A DNA stretch of 64,000 bases from Ostreococcus lucimarinus (taxonomy: Eukaryota): assembly GCA_000092065.1 (NCBI GenBank), contig CP000585.1; one strand, 5' to 3'. The notes under the pieces were generated by a model. That model searched no databases and was not told the DNA's origin. It saw only the letters and a list, made by a program, of their open reading frames with translations. Every line of letters begins with the position of its first letter. Within the stretch, counting starts at the first letter, position 1. The translations under genes and the position numbers were made by a program. This document shows positions 28,265 to 38,905 of this stretch, in pieces.

Positions 28265-31120
28265 ATGGCGACGACGGCGACCGGGACGACGACGACGACG
28301 CGGGCGGGCGTCGCGCGCGCGCGGCGCGCGCGCGCGACGGCGACGCGTCGAACGGCGACGCGCGTCGGGAGGGGCGTCGAAGACGCGCGACGCGATGACG
28401 AAGCCTCGGCGCGACGACGAGGGCGCGCGGTCGCGCGCGCGAGCGCGGGCGCGGGCGGGAGCGGAGGGAAGAAGATAAGCCAGAATGAGTTCACGGCGCG
28501 CGCGTGGGACGCGATCGTGCGGGCGCCGGAGGTGGCGAAACAGAGCAAACAACAAATCGTGGAGACGGAGCACGTGTGCGAGGCGCTGTGCTCGCAAAAG
28601 GACGCGTTCGCGATGCGGATATTCGCCCAAGCGGGAGTGAAGGATTTGAAATTAGTGATATCGAGAACGCGTGATTTCATCGCGGGGCAGCCGCAGGTGA
28701 GCGGGGCGGCGCAACAGGTGCTGGGGAGGTTTTTGGAGTCGCTCGTGGACGACGCGCGGACGATTTCGAGCGGCATGTCGGACGAGTTCGTGGCGGTGGA
28801 ACATTTGGTGCTCGCGCTGGCGCGAGACGAGAGATTTGGGAAAGGATTGATGGCGGATTTGGGGATCACGTACGCGAATCTCGAGGCCGCGGTGATCACG
28901 CTGCGTCGGGGAGAGAACGTGACGGATCAAGACGCCGAGGATAAGTACGAGGCGCTGAAAAAGTACTCGCGGGATTTGACGGAGGAGGCTCGGGCGGGGA
29001 AGTTGGATCCCGTCATCGGCCGAGACGATGAAATTCGTCGCACGATTCAAATCTTAAGTCGTCGCTCGAAGAATAATCCGGTGTTGATCGGAGAACCCGG
29101 GGTAGGGAAGACGGCGGTGGCGGAGGGACTGGCGCAACGCGTCGTTCGAGGCGACGTCCCGACGTCTCTCCAAGACGTGAAAATCATGTCATTGGACATG
29201 GGTTTGCTCATCGCCGGCGCAAAGTTTCGAGGGGAGTTTGAAGATAGGCTAAAGGCGGTGATGAAGGAAGTTTCCGACTCCATGGGGAAAATTATCCTTT
29301 TCATCGACGAGATTCACACCGTCGTCGGCGCCGGAGGCGGAGGCGGCGGGGGCAACGGCATGGACGCGGGTAACTTGCTCAAACCCATGCTCGGGCGAGG
29401 TGAGCTGCGATGCATCGGAGCAACGACGTTGGATGAGTATCGCACGTACATCGAGAAAGATCCCGCGCTCGAACGTCGATTCCAACAAGTTATAATCGCG
29501 CAGCCGACGGTGGAGGACACGATCAGTATCTTGCGAGGTTTACGCGAACGCTACGAGCTTCATCACGGGGTCTCGATCTCTGATTCTGCCTTGGTCGAAG
29601 CGGCGACGCTCAGCGACCGATACATCGCCGATCGCTTCTTGCCGGACAAGGCGATCGATCTCGTAGATGAGTCCGCAGCCAAGCTCAAGATGGAAATCAC
29701 GTCGAAACCGACGGTTTTGGATGAAATCGATCGCGAGATTTTGAAACTTCAAATGGAGAAGATATCGTTGTCGCGACCAGGCGCTTCGCGAGACGCGCGC
29801 TCGATCCAATCCAAAGTTGAGAAGCTCGACAGCGATCTGAAGGCGCTCACCGAAAAGCAGTCGGTGCTCAACGATCAATGGCAAGGTGAACAAAACAAGT
29901 TGAAGGCGATTCAGACTTTGAAGGAAGAAATTGATTCGGTTACGAACAGCATTCAGCGCGCCGAGCGTGAGTATGACTTGAATAAAGCGGCTGAGTTGAA
30001 GTACGGTACGCTCATGACGTTGCAGCGAAGACTAAACGAGGCAGAGGAAGTGCTCGAGCTCGCTACTTCGGAGGGACCGACTCTTTTGCGCGACGAAGTC
30101 ACCGAGGCCGACATCGCGGACGTCATCTCCAAGTGGACCGGTATTCCCGTCGCCAAGCTCCAGCAAGGCGAGCGGGAAAAACTTCTTGATTTACCCGCCG
30201 AACTTCACAAGCGAGTCGTCGGCCAAGATGAAGCCGTGCAGTCTGTGTGCGAGGCTATTCAGCGCTCTCGCGCGGGTCTCTCTGACCCGAACCGCCCGAT
30301 TGCGAGTTTCATGTTCCTCGGCCCCACGGGCGTGGGTAAAACGGAGCTGTGCAAAACATTGGCAAACTTTTTGTTCAACACCGAGGAAGCGATGATTCGC
30401 ATCGATATGAGCGAGTATATGGAAAAACACTCTGTGAGTCGCTTGATTGGCGCTCCGCCCGGGTACGTCGGTTTCGAGGAAGGCGGTCAACTCACCGAGG
30501 CGGTACGACACCGTCCGTATTCTGTCGTACTTTTCGACGAGATGGAAAAAGCACACGGTGATGTTTTCAACGTATTGCTTCAGATTTTGGACGATGGTCG
30601 CGTCACCGATTCGCAAGGGCGTTTGATCAACTTCAAAAACACTATTCTCATCATGACGTCAAACATCGGTAGTCAATATGTGCTCGACACCAACGAAGCT
30701 TCGAAAGAAACTAGACGCGAGCGTGTGATGGATGCTGTGCGTGGACACTTCCGACCGGAGTTCATCAACCGTGTGGACGAGTGGATCGTCTTTGATCCGC
30801 TTGCGAAGGATCAAGTCACCGCCATCGTTCGACAACAAGTCGAACGCGTCACCTCCCGTCTCGCTGATCGTAAGATTGGACTCCGAGTCTCCGACGAAGC
30901 CGTTGCGTTACTCTCCGACACCGGCTACGACCCCGCATTCGGCGCTCGTCCCGTGAAGCGCGCGGTGCAGAGCTTATTAGAAACCGCCGTAGCCCAAGCC
31001 ATCCTTCGAGGCGACGTCAACGAGGATCAAACCGCCGTCGTCGACGTCGACCCGTCGTCCACGGGGAAGCTTGTCGTCACCGCAAAAGATTCTCCCAAGT
31101 CTGCAAACGTCATCGCATGA
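28265..31120 (+). CDS. CLPB: ClpB/Hsp104-type AAA+ disaggregase with an organellar presequence
   Basis: Clp_N domain, NBD1 Walker [19 protein letters not shown], a long M-domain coiled coil (ClpB-specific), NBD2 [12 protein letters not shown], and a sensor/C-terminal domain. The N-terminus ([21 protein letters not shown]...) is transit-peptide-like. Confidence 0.92.
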   Translation: MATTATGTTTTTRAGVARARRARATATRRTATRVGRGVEDARRDDEASARRRGRAVARASAGAGGSGGKKISQNEFTARAWDAIVRAPEVAKQSKQQIVETEHVCEALCSQKDAFAMRIFAQAGVKDLKLVISRTRDFIAGQPQVSGAAQQVLGRFLESLVDDARTISSGMSDEFVAVEHLVLALARDERFGKGLMADLGITYANLEAAVITLRRGENVTDQDAEDKYEALKKYSRDLTEEARAGKLDPVIGRDDEIRRTIQILSRRSKNNPVLIGEPGVGKTAVAEGLAQRVVRGDVPTSLQDVKIMSLDMGLLIAGAKFRGEFEDRLKAVMKEVSDSMGKIILFIDEIHTVVGAGGGGGGGNGMDAGNLLKPMLGRGELRCIGATTLDEYRTYIEKDPALERRFQQVIIAQPTVEDTISILRGLRERYELHHGVSISDSALVEAATLSDRYIADRFLPDKAIDLVDESAAKLKMEITSKPTVLDEIDREILKLQMEKISLSRPGASRDARSIQSKVEKLDSDLKALTEKQSVLNDQWQGEQNKLKAIQTLKEEIDSVTNSIQRAEREYDLNKAAELKYGTLMTLQRRLNEAEEVLELATSEGPTLLRDEVTEADIADVISKWTGIPVAKLQQGEREKLLDLPAELHKRVVGQDEAVQSVCEAIQRSRAGLSDPNRPIASFMFLGPTGVGKTELCKTLANFLFNTEEAMIRIDMSEYMEKHSVSRLIGAPPGYVGFEEGGQLTEAVRHRPYSVVLFDEMEKAHGDVFNVLLQILDDGRVTDSQGRLINFKNTILIMTSNIGSQYVLDTNEASKETRRERVMDAVRGHFRPEFINRVDEWIVFDPLAKDQVTAIVRQQVERVTSRLADRKIGLRVSDEAVALLSDTGYDPAFGARPVKRAVQSLLETAVAQAILRGDVNEDQTAVVDVDPSSTGKLVVTAKDSPKSANVIA

Positions 31121-31154
31121 CCGAGCACTGATTCTTCTCTCGCACTCGCATTGG

Positions 31155-31159
31155 TGTAA
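31155..31159 (+). promoter_or_regulatory. TGTAA poly(A) signal downstream of ClpB
   Basis: TGTAA lies 35 nt after the TGA stop. Confidence 0.45.
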
Positions 31160-31246
31160 TACGCAAAGCCTTCATTTTTGACTCCTCGCGCCTTCGAACC
31201 GCACTTCGCGCCGCGAACGCACCGCGCACAATGGGCGAAGACGACG

Positions 31247-32743
31247 ATGAATGGCGCTCGCGCGTCAATCGCGACGAGAACCGCGAGGAACTGTGCGTTT
31301 CGAAGCGTGGTGCTCCCGAGCGACGACGAACCGCGCGCGCAAAGTCAATCATCAATCATCTGGAATTGTCGACGAAAACGCGCCGACGGGCGAAGACTGA
31401 CCGCGCACGCATCGTCCGCGCTCGACAGCATGACCGCGATGCTCTCCGCGAAAGATCCGCCCTACGCGGACGCGGTCGTCACGAACGCTAGGGTGGCGGC
31501 GACGAAGCTGGAGAAGATGCTGTTCGAAAAGTGCAAGAGCGAAGAGTCGTACAAGCGCAAAGTTTTAAACAAAATAGAGTCGATCTCGGAGAAGATCATA
31601 CGCGACAGGGCGCAAAAGAATATGGAAGCGCAAGGCTTAAAAATGGCGGAAGCGCCGGCGAAGCGGGCGAAGACGGAGGGTGTGGGAGGTGGCGAAGCGG
31701 CTTCGACTTCGACGGCGCGTTCGCCGTACGAAGAGGGGCGAGCGTATTTTGAAGCGTTGTCGCCGGTGGATCAGAAAACCATGCGAAGGGACATCTTGAA
31801 GCGATGGTTGGAAGAGAATAAAGGGAAGACGGCGATCGCAAACGAGTTTCAATCGACCGAAGACGCGCAGGTGAGGAGGCAGATTTACGTTAACAAGCTC
31901 AAAGATCACCTCGATTTGCACATGTTCAAGTCGTTGACGAATCAGTTACGGGCGCAGCGTCCGACGATAATCAATCCCGAGCTTCAAGGATTTGTCGCCG
32001 ATCTCGTGGCGACGGATGCGATGGCGATGCAAGCGGAAACTAAGCGTCAAGCCATCGCCGCCGCCACCAAGTCGTCGACGGTTCAACCTACGTCAGAGTA
32101 TTGGCTCAAGGTGCACGAGTTGCACGAAAAATATCACGCCACGCTTAGCCGGGCGCTGAAGAATATTCAAAGCTTGACGAAGAGCGGAGAAAAGCTATCA
32201 GCGATTCGACAAAAGTTTGTCGACTTGCTGTCCAAGGTAATCTTGCCCGCTATCGAGCAAACTCCGAACAATCGCAACTTGAACGTCGAGGCGACGGTGA
32301 CGCATCTCGAGGAAATCGAGCGATCGATCAAGAAAGCGTTGTCATCGTACGACGTGCACGCACAGCGCATGCAAGACCAGAAACGTTTGTTGACGATGGC
32401 ACCGACGCAACGCGCCATCGTATCTCTCACCGAAGGCGTGGAGAACAAGAACAGAACCGACGCTCGTGCCGCCATCGCCGAGACGTGCTCGAAATTAAAC
32501 ATCGATTTCGACGACTTCACCGCCGATCTGTTCGACTCGGACGAGGAAGAAGACGAAGCGATCGACGTGAACGTACTCTTAAAGGACGTCTTCGCGAGCG
32601 CGGGTGATCAGGCACTCGAAATCGTCCCCGCGGGCGCGCCCGAAACCTGGACGCTCGAGCTCGGCAAGGACGTCGTCGCCGTCGGGTTTCGCGGCGACGC
32701 CATGTCTGAAACCGAGCGCATCGCCACCGTCGCCGAGTATTAA
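31247..32743 (+). CDS. Hypothetical alpha-helical protein; weak KIX/Med15-like N-terminal resemblance
   Basis: The track start at 31178 is TTG, so I used the first ATG at 31247. A later ATG (MTAMLSAKDPPY, ~31430) is also possible. The region DAVVTNARVAATKLEKMLFEKCKSEESYKRKVLNKIESISEKII resembles the KIX-like helices of Mediator Med15. The C-terminus is an acidic DSDEEEDE tail. Confidence 0.3.
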   Translation: MNGARASIATRTARNCAFRSVVLPSDDEPRAQSQSSIIWNCRRKRADGRRLTAHASSALDSMTAMLSAKDPPYADAVVTNARVAATKLEKMLFEKCKSEESYKRKVLNKIESISEKIIRDRAQKNMEAQGLKMAEAPAKRAKTEGVGGGEAASTSTARSPYEEGRAYFEALSPVDQKTMRRDILKRWLEENKGKTAIANEFQSTEDAQVRRQIYVNKLKDHLDLHMFKSLTNQLRAQRPTIINPELQGFVADLVATDAMAMQAETKRQAIAAATKSSTVQPTSEYWLKVHELHEKYHATLSRALKNIQSLTKSGEKLSAIRQKFVDLLSKVILPAIEQTPNNRNLNVEATVTHLEEIERSIKKALSSYDVHAQRMQDQKRLLTMAPTQRAIVSLTEGVENKNRTDARAAIAETCSKLNIDFDDFTADLFDSDEEEDEAIDVNVLLKDVFASAGDQALEIVPAGAPETWTLELGKDVVAVGFRGDAMSETERIATVAEY

Positions 32744-32775
32744 TCGCTTCATTAGTTCGTGAATATACAAATGTA

Positions 32776-33180
32776 CTACTTTCTCCCACTACTTCCTTCC
32801 CCATCGTCCGGGTCGTGACACGCGTGCAACCACGCGCGATCCGCCACCTGCGTCGGCTTTGCTCGCTCGCACTCGTCCACCAACCGTCCGTTTCTGTAAA
32901 ACGCCACCGTCGGCGTCCATCGCACCGCGCGCGCCGTGAACGGCAGCGCGTCCACGTCCGCGTCCACGAACGCGACCTCGCCGCCCCAGCGCTCGCGCAG
33001 CGCGTCGATCGCGGGCGTCAACTTTGCGCAGTGTTTGCACCACTCGGCGCCGTAGTTGACGACCAACAGCCTCGATTTATGCGTCCTGAGCGCGTCCGCG
33101 AACGCCGCCTCGCTCTTGATCACCGCGCGCGCGGTCGCGCCGTCGCTCGTCGACGCCTCGGCCGCGCTCGCGCGACGCAT
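32776..33180 (-). CDS. Thioredoxin-fold protein with an atypical WCKHC active site
   Basis: LLVVNYGAEWCKHCAKLTPAIDALRERWGGEVAFVDADVD...WTPTVAFYRNGRLVDE. The track start at 33207 is GTG. The first ATG is at 33180. Confidence 0.72.
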   Translation of the reverse strand: MRRASAAEASTSDGATARAVIKSEAAFADALRTHKSRLLVVNYGAEWCKHCAKLTPAIDALRERWGGEVAFVDADVDALPFTARAVRWTPTVAFYRNGRLVDECERAKPTQVADRAWLHACHDPDDGEGSSGRK

Positions 33181-33197
33181 CGCGCGCGCGACGCGAG

Positions 33198-34100
33198 ATG
33201 GCGCCACACTTCGGGACGCACCGCCTCGGGACGGCGACGCCTTTGATGGATCACGAACGAGAATTACGCGTCGCCGAGCGCGCGGCGCGCGTCGCGGGAG
33301 CGGAGATCGCGCGCGCGTGGACGCGCGATCGCTCGAACGAGACGAGCGTGGAGTACAAAGGCGCGGTGGATCTCGTGACGGCGACTGATAAACTGTGTGA
33401 AGATTTAGTCTTGAGCGCGCTGCGGGAAGCGTTTCCAGAGGATGATGTCGTCGGAGAAGAGACGCACGCGGCGAGCGGGGCGAAAGAATTGTCGAAAACG
33501 ACGTCGGTGAGGTGCTGGTACGTCGATCCGCTGGATGGGACGACGAATTTTGTGCACGGGTATCCGTTTAGTTGCGTGTCGGTGGGGTTGTGCGAGGGCG
33601 GCGAACCGACGGTGGGCGTCGTTTTTAATCCGATATCGGACGAAATGTTCACCGCGGTGCGAGGACGCGGGGCGTTTTTGAATGGGAAGAAAATTTCGTG
33701 CAGTGCGGTGCGAACGCTGGGGAAGGCGCTGATCGGAACGGAGATTGGCGTGCACAGGGACGGGAAGACGGTGGACGCGATTATGGGTCGCGTGCGAGCG
33801 TTGGTGGAAAAGTCACGCAGCGTGCGGTGCTCAGGGTCGTGTGCGATGAATATGTGCGGCGTGGCGATGGGTAGACTGGATGGGTTCTTCGAGATCGGGT
33901 TCGGCGGACCATGGGATTGCGTGGCGGGAACGATTATTGTGCGCGAAGCTGGCGGCGTCGTGTTCGATCCTTCGGGAGACGCGTTCGACATTTACGCGCG
34001 ACGAGTGCTGTGCGCGAATGGAAATATCGGTGATGAATTCGTGAAAGCGCTAAGCGAGGTCCCAGATGGGCCGGGGGAACCTCAGCGACCGGAGATCTAG
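33198..34100 (+). CDS. Inositol monophosphatase family (IMPase/VTC4-like)
   Basis: Motifs DLVTATDKLCEDLVLSALREAFPED...VGEE and WYVDPLDGTTNFVHGYPFSCVSVGL (metal-binding W-x-DP-DGT), plus a C-terminal WDCVAGTIIVREAGG. The ATG at 33198 was verified. An internal Met at 33246 is possible. Confidence 0.85.
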   Translation: MAPHFGTHRLGTATPLMDHERELRVAERAARVAGAEIARAWTRDRSNETSVEYKGAVDLVTATDKLCEDLVLSALREAFPEDDVVGEETHAASGAKELSKTTSVRCWYVDPLDGTTNFVHGYPFSCVSVGLCEGGEPTVGVVFNPISDEMFTAVRGRGAFLNGKKISCSAVRTLGKALIGTEIGVHRDGKTVDAIMGRVRALVEKSRSVRCSGSCAMNMCGVAMGRLDGFFEIGFGGPWDCVAGTIIVREAGGVVFDPSGDAFDIYARRVLCANGNIGDEFVKALSEVPDGPGEPQRPEI

Positions 34101-34252
34101 TGTGTTTTCCCGAGGCGGCGCTTGACGGCGCGCGAGCTGGCGTGCAGCGCGTGCTCGACGAAAACCGAGCACGTGTACAAGCCGCCCAAAATCGCACTGC
34201 ACCCGAGCACCCATTCGAGGAGTGGTTTGCGCGTCTCCCGTGTAATGACCTA

Positions 34253-35857
34253 TTAGCGAACGTGGTTAGTGTTTTGTAATTTTCGAGTTGAGTTTTTTAC
34301 CTGCATTGGCGACAAGTCGTACGAAAACTTCACCACGGGACCGCGAGGGCGGCGAAATTCATCATCCATCGCATGCTCTTCCACGCGATCGTAATATATC
34401 ATCTCGCGTTCTTCAGCGCTTCCGTGCACGTCGAAATGGTTGCTCGAAAATGTGTACTCGTAAATCTGAATCGGTGCCCCGTCAATCGGCGCAAACGTGC
34501 GTGGAATCACCTTCATGTAGTGTTCAAAAGCCGTTCTTCGATTTTCACGCGCGTCAAACTGGGCGCCGCCGCCGCCGTTGTCTTTCTTTGCGAATCTCCC
34601 TCCCATGTCCACTGGAATGAGGCTCCAAGCTTTGCGCAAATGTCGTGGAATGAAACTGGGTTTACCTGGAACGTGCTCGCCGAATGATAAGTGTCGAACG
34701 ACGTGCGTCATGTCCACGTCCGCGAGCGAGTGCGATCGCGATCGAGGCACAAAATAAAACGCTCCCGGCACTCGATTGACGTTGAATTGACCATTCACGG
34801 AGCAACCAGGCGTTCTCACGACGGAATCGTGCCGACCGTCACCATCGGCATCGTGTCCAAAAACCGTGCCTCGTTTCTTTGGCGATGCCTCGTCGTTGCC
34901 GTCCTCTGTCGCGGCTTCGATTTCTTTCAGCAGAGAATCTGCGAAAGCCGCGATCGCTTCAGCGCTGCGCTTGCCGTGATACACCTCGAATTGAATGTTC
35001 TCAGCCTCGCGGTGTAACTCTGCAATCGACGTTTGATTTTCTTTCGAAGGATGCAAAGACCCGGCGCGATAGACGCGCACGGATGGGTACGCTTGCACGT
35101 GCAATTTCGAGCACAACTCGTCGTTCTTTTCCGTCGAGCAGTCCACGGAGGCCATGCCGAGCGAAAGTCGGGAGCGTCCGGTGCGACGCAACTCGAGACG
35201 CACCATCTCAGCCGCGTGCTCCCAGATCGGCGCGAAATTCCGACAGTGCAAACACCACGGCGCGTGAAAGTTCACGAGGAGTAATCCATGATGAACGCGA
35301 ACCATGTGCTCGAACATGTCTAACCCCGCGATGTCGAATGCGATTCTTTTGTTGCCGTAGTGGTCGTAGTCGGTCGTAGTGCCGTACTCGAACGCGTCGT
35401 CCAGCGTCTCGGCGTTCACCGGCGCCGCGTGTTGAATGTTCATGTACTTCATAGGCCCGCTCAACGGATGTTTGTAGACGTTTTCACCGCTTATGTTCGT
35501 CTTTCGCGAGCCGATGGCGTCGACCACGTCCAGATGAAGGAACTCGCATTCGACGAATGGGAAATCCACGCGAACGTTCACTCGTAGCTTGGCGTCCGCG
35601 GTGTGATCGACGACGATGTCCGTGACGTACGTCGCCGCGAACAGCGCACTGACTTGCATCGTAAACAGCGCGATGAAGATCAACGAGACGACGATTGTGA
35701 ATAAACCACCTCCAACCGTGCGCTCGGTGAAGCCTGAGATTTCAGGCGGCGCGTGGGCGTACATGTCAAGGCGTCGAAGGGCGTTGGCGCAGCGACCATC
35801 GTCGGGATAGTCGCCGGGAAGCGATGTCGCGCCAGTGCTCGTTCGACGAACCACCAT
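34253..35857 (-). CDS. PDI-C-type protein: ERGIC_N (Erv41/46-like) + thioredoxin (WCLHC) + COPII-coated ERV domain
   Basis: N-terminal: GGLFTIVVSLIFIALFTMQVSALFAATYVTDIVVDHTADAKLRVNVRVDFPFVECEFLHLDVVDAIG. Trx domain: LLVNFHAPWCLHCRNFAPIWEHAA. The C-terminal TM is at the very N-terminus of the ORF's reading direction, i.e. near the ATG. This architecture is like plant PDIL5-3/5-4. Confidence 0.6.
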   Translation of the reverse strand: MVVRRTSTGATSLPGDYPDDGRCANALRRLDMYAHAPPEISGFTERTVGGGLFTIVVSLIFIALFTMQVSALFAATYVTDIVVDHTADAKLRVNVRVDFPFVECEFLHLDVVDAIGSRKTNISGENVYKHPLSGPMKYMNIQHAAPVNAETLDDAFEYGTTTDYDHYGNKRIAFDIAGLDMFEHMVRVHHGLLLVNFHAPWCLHCRNFAPIWEHAAEMVRLELRRTGRSRLSLGMASVDCSTEKNDELCSKLHVQAYPSVRVYRAGSLHPSKENQTSIAELHREAENIQFEVYHGKRSAEAIAAFADSLLKEIEAATEDGNDEASPKKRGTVFGHDADGDGRHDSVVRTPGCSVNGQFNVNRVPGAFYFVPRSRSHSLADVDMTHVVRHLSFGEHVPGKPSFIPRHLRKAWSLIPVDMGGRFAKKDNGGGGAQFDARENRRTAFEHYMKVIPRTFAPIDGAPIQIYEYTFSSNHFDVHGSAEEREMIYYDRVEEHAMDDEFRRPRGPVVKFSYDLSPMQVKNSTRKLQNTNHVR

Positions 35858-36039
35858 GAATATCGCGCGCTGATGTGACGCCTCGTGAGCACGAGCAGTC
35901 GCGTCAGCAAAGGCGTTTGATTGTCCGAGGAAGCAACGTCGGCGCGACGAGACGGTTCGTCTTCAAGACGGCGGAGTTTCAAGAGATATTGAGAGTTTAC
36001 AACAGAAAGATAAACTAACTAAAAAAATAGAACAAGACC

Positions 36040-37614
36040 CTACGTCGTCATCATGCTCAAGTTGTTGCGCACGTCAAAGTCGTTGTCATCGCACAGAGTG
36101 CGTCGGATGCACTTGTCCCAAATCAACAACGCCTCGTCGTTCGATTCGGGAAGCACACGGCGAAGGCGAACGGGCTCGCCCGTGGTCGTGCCGTCCGCCT
36201 CGGCGAATTCGGCGACGTTGAACTTGAAGAAGAATTTATTAGCCACCGCAGAGGTGACTTTATGAGGGTTGGTAACGATGGCGCGAACTTCGAGGTAGAC
36301 GCTCGGCTTGCCGCATCGCGCTTCCTCCGCATTCACCGTGTGCAATACTTTGCATTTGAAACGAACGAGATCACCGATGTTCACGGGAAGCGTGAAATCG
36401 ATATCGCTCATCTCAACGAACATCGGGTGCCCACCGGAGAAGAGCTGACAGTTCGCGAACGCGAGCTCGTACGCTCGGCGAAGTAGGAACCCGCCAAAGA
36501 CTCTGCCAGAGAGGTTTCTTTGCTGCGGCTGCGCGACAAACATATTTTCCGCCATTGTCTGCGTCGTCATGACTTCATTATAACCGGCAGTCAACGCTGG
36601 CATCTCTTGGTTCAAGCATGCGCGTTCACGAATCGAGCGCACCCACTCCGTTCGATGTTTTATGAGCGTCTCGTTCAACACGGCGTCGCCCTTTTTCGAT
36701 CTCAAACGCTTGCGCAAAATCGACGCTTGAATCTCTTGCGCTCGTTCTTTGTGTCGCCTCGACACGCAAACCAACGGGTTTACCGGCCATGATTTGTTTG
36801 TCTCCGGATCTCTCGCCACGAAGGTAAAATCTGCCGCCAATGCCGGTTCCGTGCGGTCGTCGTCCACCGTCGCATCCTCGACGGCGCCGTCGTCGTCCGC
36901 CTCCATACGAATCACCATACTCGACGTCCCCACGAACGCCACCTCCCCCCGCAATACCACATCCTTATCTAGCGACAAAGGTCGATTCAGTCGCACTCTA
37001 TCGACGCTCGCCGTCACCAACTGCGGCGTCTTTGTCGTATCGTCGTCGTCGTCTGCGTGAAAAAACGCGATGTTTCCCGCGAGCGAGTCCAAATCTTCCA
37101 ATATCCTCCCCATCCGCACCGCCCCACTGCCGTGCGATTTATACATTTCCCGCATTTCTTCATCGCTCTGCCACACGTACACGGCGCTGTGCGTCCTCGG
37201 TTCGCGCGGCAGAAGCTTTTCGCTCAGCTTCGTCGCCGCCTTGCCGCTCTCCGCCTTGCGCAGTCTCTCCCTCCACAGGTGTTTCGTGACGTGCGTGCGC
37301 GTGTGCGCGATGTGCACGTCCTCGGGCGTGCGCGAGGACGTCGAATACCACCGCGGAACGTCCGCTCGCGTCGCGCGATCGCTCGACGCGCGCGCGCGCG
37401 GCGACGAAACTTCCTCCGTCGACCTCGACGCGTCCGACCGCGGGACGCTTTCGAGCGATCCCGTCGCCGCGACGTCGCGCGCGCGCCAGGACGACGCCGC
37501 GCGCGACGCCGCGTGGCGTTTACGAGCGATCGCGCGCGCGAGCATGGGCGATGCGCGCGCGCGCGGGGCGTCGGAGTGTGTCGAGCGCGCGCTATCCAAA
37601 TCTCGCGGAGGCAT
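36040..37614 (-). CDS. Acyl-CoA thioesterase (double hotdog, ACOT9/BFIT-like), presequence-bearing
   Basis: Hotdog motifs: VFGGFLLRRAYELAFANCQLFSGGHPMFVEMSDIDFTLPVNIGDLVRFKCKVLH, and an N-terminal repeat with HADDDDDTTKTPQLVTASVDRVRLNRPLSLDKDVVLRGEVAFVGTSSMVIRME. The ATG at 37612-37614 was verified. Confidence 0.7.
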   Translation of the reverse strand: MPPRDLDSARSTHSDAPRARASPMLARAIARKRHAASRAASSWRARDVAATGSLESVPRSDASRSTEEVSSPRARASSDRATRADVPRWYSTSSRTPEDVHIAHTRTHVTKHLWRERLRKAESGKAATKLSEKLLPREPRTHSAVYVWQSDEEMREMYKSHGSGAVRMGRILEDLDSLAGNIAFFHADDDDDTTKTPQLVTASVDRVRLNRPLSLDKDVVLRGEVAFVGTSSMVIRMEADDDGAVEDATVDDDRTEPALAADFTFVARDPETNKSWPVNPLVCVSRRHKERAQEIQASILRKRLRSKKGDAVLNETLIKHRTEWVRSIRERACLNQEMPALTAGYNEVMTTQTMAENMFVAQPQQRNLSGRVFGGFLLRRAYELAFANCQLFSGGHPMFVEMSDIDFTLPVNIGDLVRFKCKVLHTVNAEEARCGKPSVYLEVRAIVTNPHKVTSAVANKFFFKFNVAEFAEADGTTTGEPVRLRRVLPESNDEALLIWDKCIRRTLCDDNDFDVRNNLSMMTT

Positions 37615-37682
37615 TCCGAGGCGCGCGGGCGGCGACGGAGCGGTCTGCGCGACGCCAGCGCGCGATCGAAGAGGCGCCCGCG

Positions 37683-38813
37683 ATGGGGCTTCCGACGCAT
37701 CGCGACAGCGACGCGCGCAGGCGTCGTAAGGGCGCGTCCGCGTCTTTGTTTTACGGTTCGACGTCCATCGCGACGGTGTTTCTCAACAAGTCCATCTTCG
37801 CGACGTGGAAGTTTAAGTTCCCGGCGACGCTCGTCACGGCGCAGACGATATTCACGGTGTTTGCCATCGTCGCGCTGGAGCACGTGGGCGCGATCTCGCC
37901 GCGGGGGGGGAAAGGGTTTCGCGGGAACTTTAACGCGAAGGCGTTCAAGCGCGTCGGCGTGGTGAGCGCGGTGTTTCAAATGAAACTCGTGCTCGACATG
38001 AAGGCGCTGTCGATGATAAACATCCCGATGTACGGGGTGTTGAAGTCGGCGACGACGCCGTTCGTGATGGCGATCGATTGGGTGATGATGGGGAAAGTGG
38101 CGCCGGCGCGCGTGCAGGCGGCGGTGTGGTTGACCACGCTCGGGGGAGTGTGCGCCGGTACGGGAGATTTGGAGTTTAATTTCCTAGGGTACCTAGTTGC
38201 GCTGTGCAGTGCGCTGTGCACGGCGATGTATGTTGTGTTGGTTGGTAAGATTGGGGACGAATTGCAGTTGGATTCGTTCACATTGTTGTTGTACAACTCG
38301 TTGTGGAGCGCGCCGTTGAGCTTGGCGATTTGTTTCGTGTTCGGCGAGCACCGCGGGTTATTGGATTATCCCTACCTCGGCCACTTTGGGTTTTTGATTG
38401 CTTTTTTGTGCTCGTGCTCGAGCGCGTTCATATTGAACTACGCGACGTACCTGTGCACGCAGCTGAACGAGGCGCTGACGACGTCGGTGGTGGGACGGAC
38501 GAAAGGCATAGTTCAAGGCGTCTTCGGTTTGTTTGCGTTTCACGTGCGGGCGAGCGCGACAAACGTGGCTGGTATAATTTTGAACTCAGCGGGCGTGGCT
38601 TGGTATGCGTACGAAAAGTACACCGGGGCGAAGCGCTCGAGTCCGCGTGCTATCGCGCCGGCGACGCTCAACGCCTGCGTAATTCACCGCGAAGATAGCC
38701 AGCTCACGCTCGAGTCATCGGCACGGTCGGAGGGTGCGGTCGCGAACGAAAGACCGGTGGTTCCGACGAACGGGCGCATGGCGCTGAAAAACTCGCACCA
38801 GCACGCGCATTGA
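37683..38813 (+). CDS. SLC35/TPT-family nucleotide-sugar transporter-like protein (10 TM)
   Basis: LFYGSTSIATVFLNKSIFATWKFKFPATLVTAQTIF... with a second EamA-like half. The track start at 37551 would overlap the ACOT start codon head-to-head, so I used the Met at 37683 (MGLPTHRD...). Confidence 0.6.
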   Translation: MGLPTHRDSDARRRRKGASASLFYGSTSIATVFLNKSIFATWKFKFPATLVTAQTIFTVFAIVALEHVGAISPRGGKGFRGNFNAKAFKRVGVVSAVFQMKLVLDMKALSMINIPMYGVLKSATTPFVMAIDWVMMGKVAPARVQAAVWLTTLGGVCAGTGDLEFNFLGYLVALCSALCTAMYVVLVGKIGDELQLDSFTLLLYNSLWSAPLSLAICFVFGEHRGLLDYPYLGHFGFLIAFLCSCSSAFILNYATYLCTQLNEALTTSVVGRTKGIVQGVFGLFAFHVRASATNVAGIILNSAGVAWYAYEKYTGAKRSSPRAIAPATLNACVIHREDSQLTLESSARSEGAVANERPVVPTNGRMALKNSHQHAH

Positions 38814-38905
38814 CGGGTTTCTAGAATAAGCGATTTAATACATTCGTTGGCACATTGTTTTACTGTTACATGCTCGGTGTTTGAAAGAATCGTTTCGTAA
38901 GTTCA

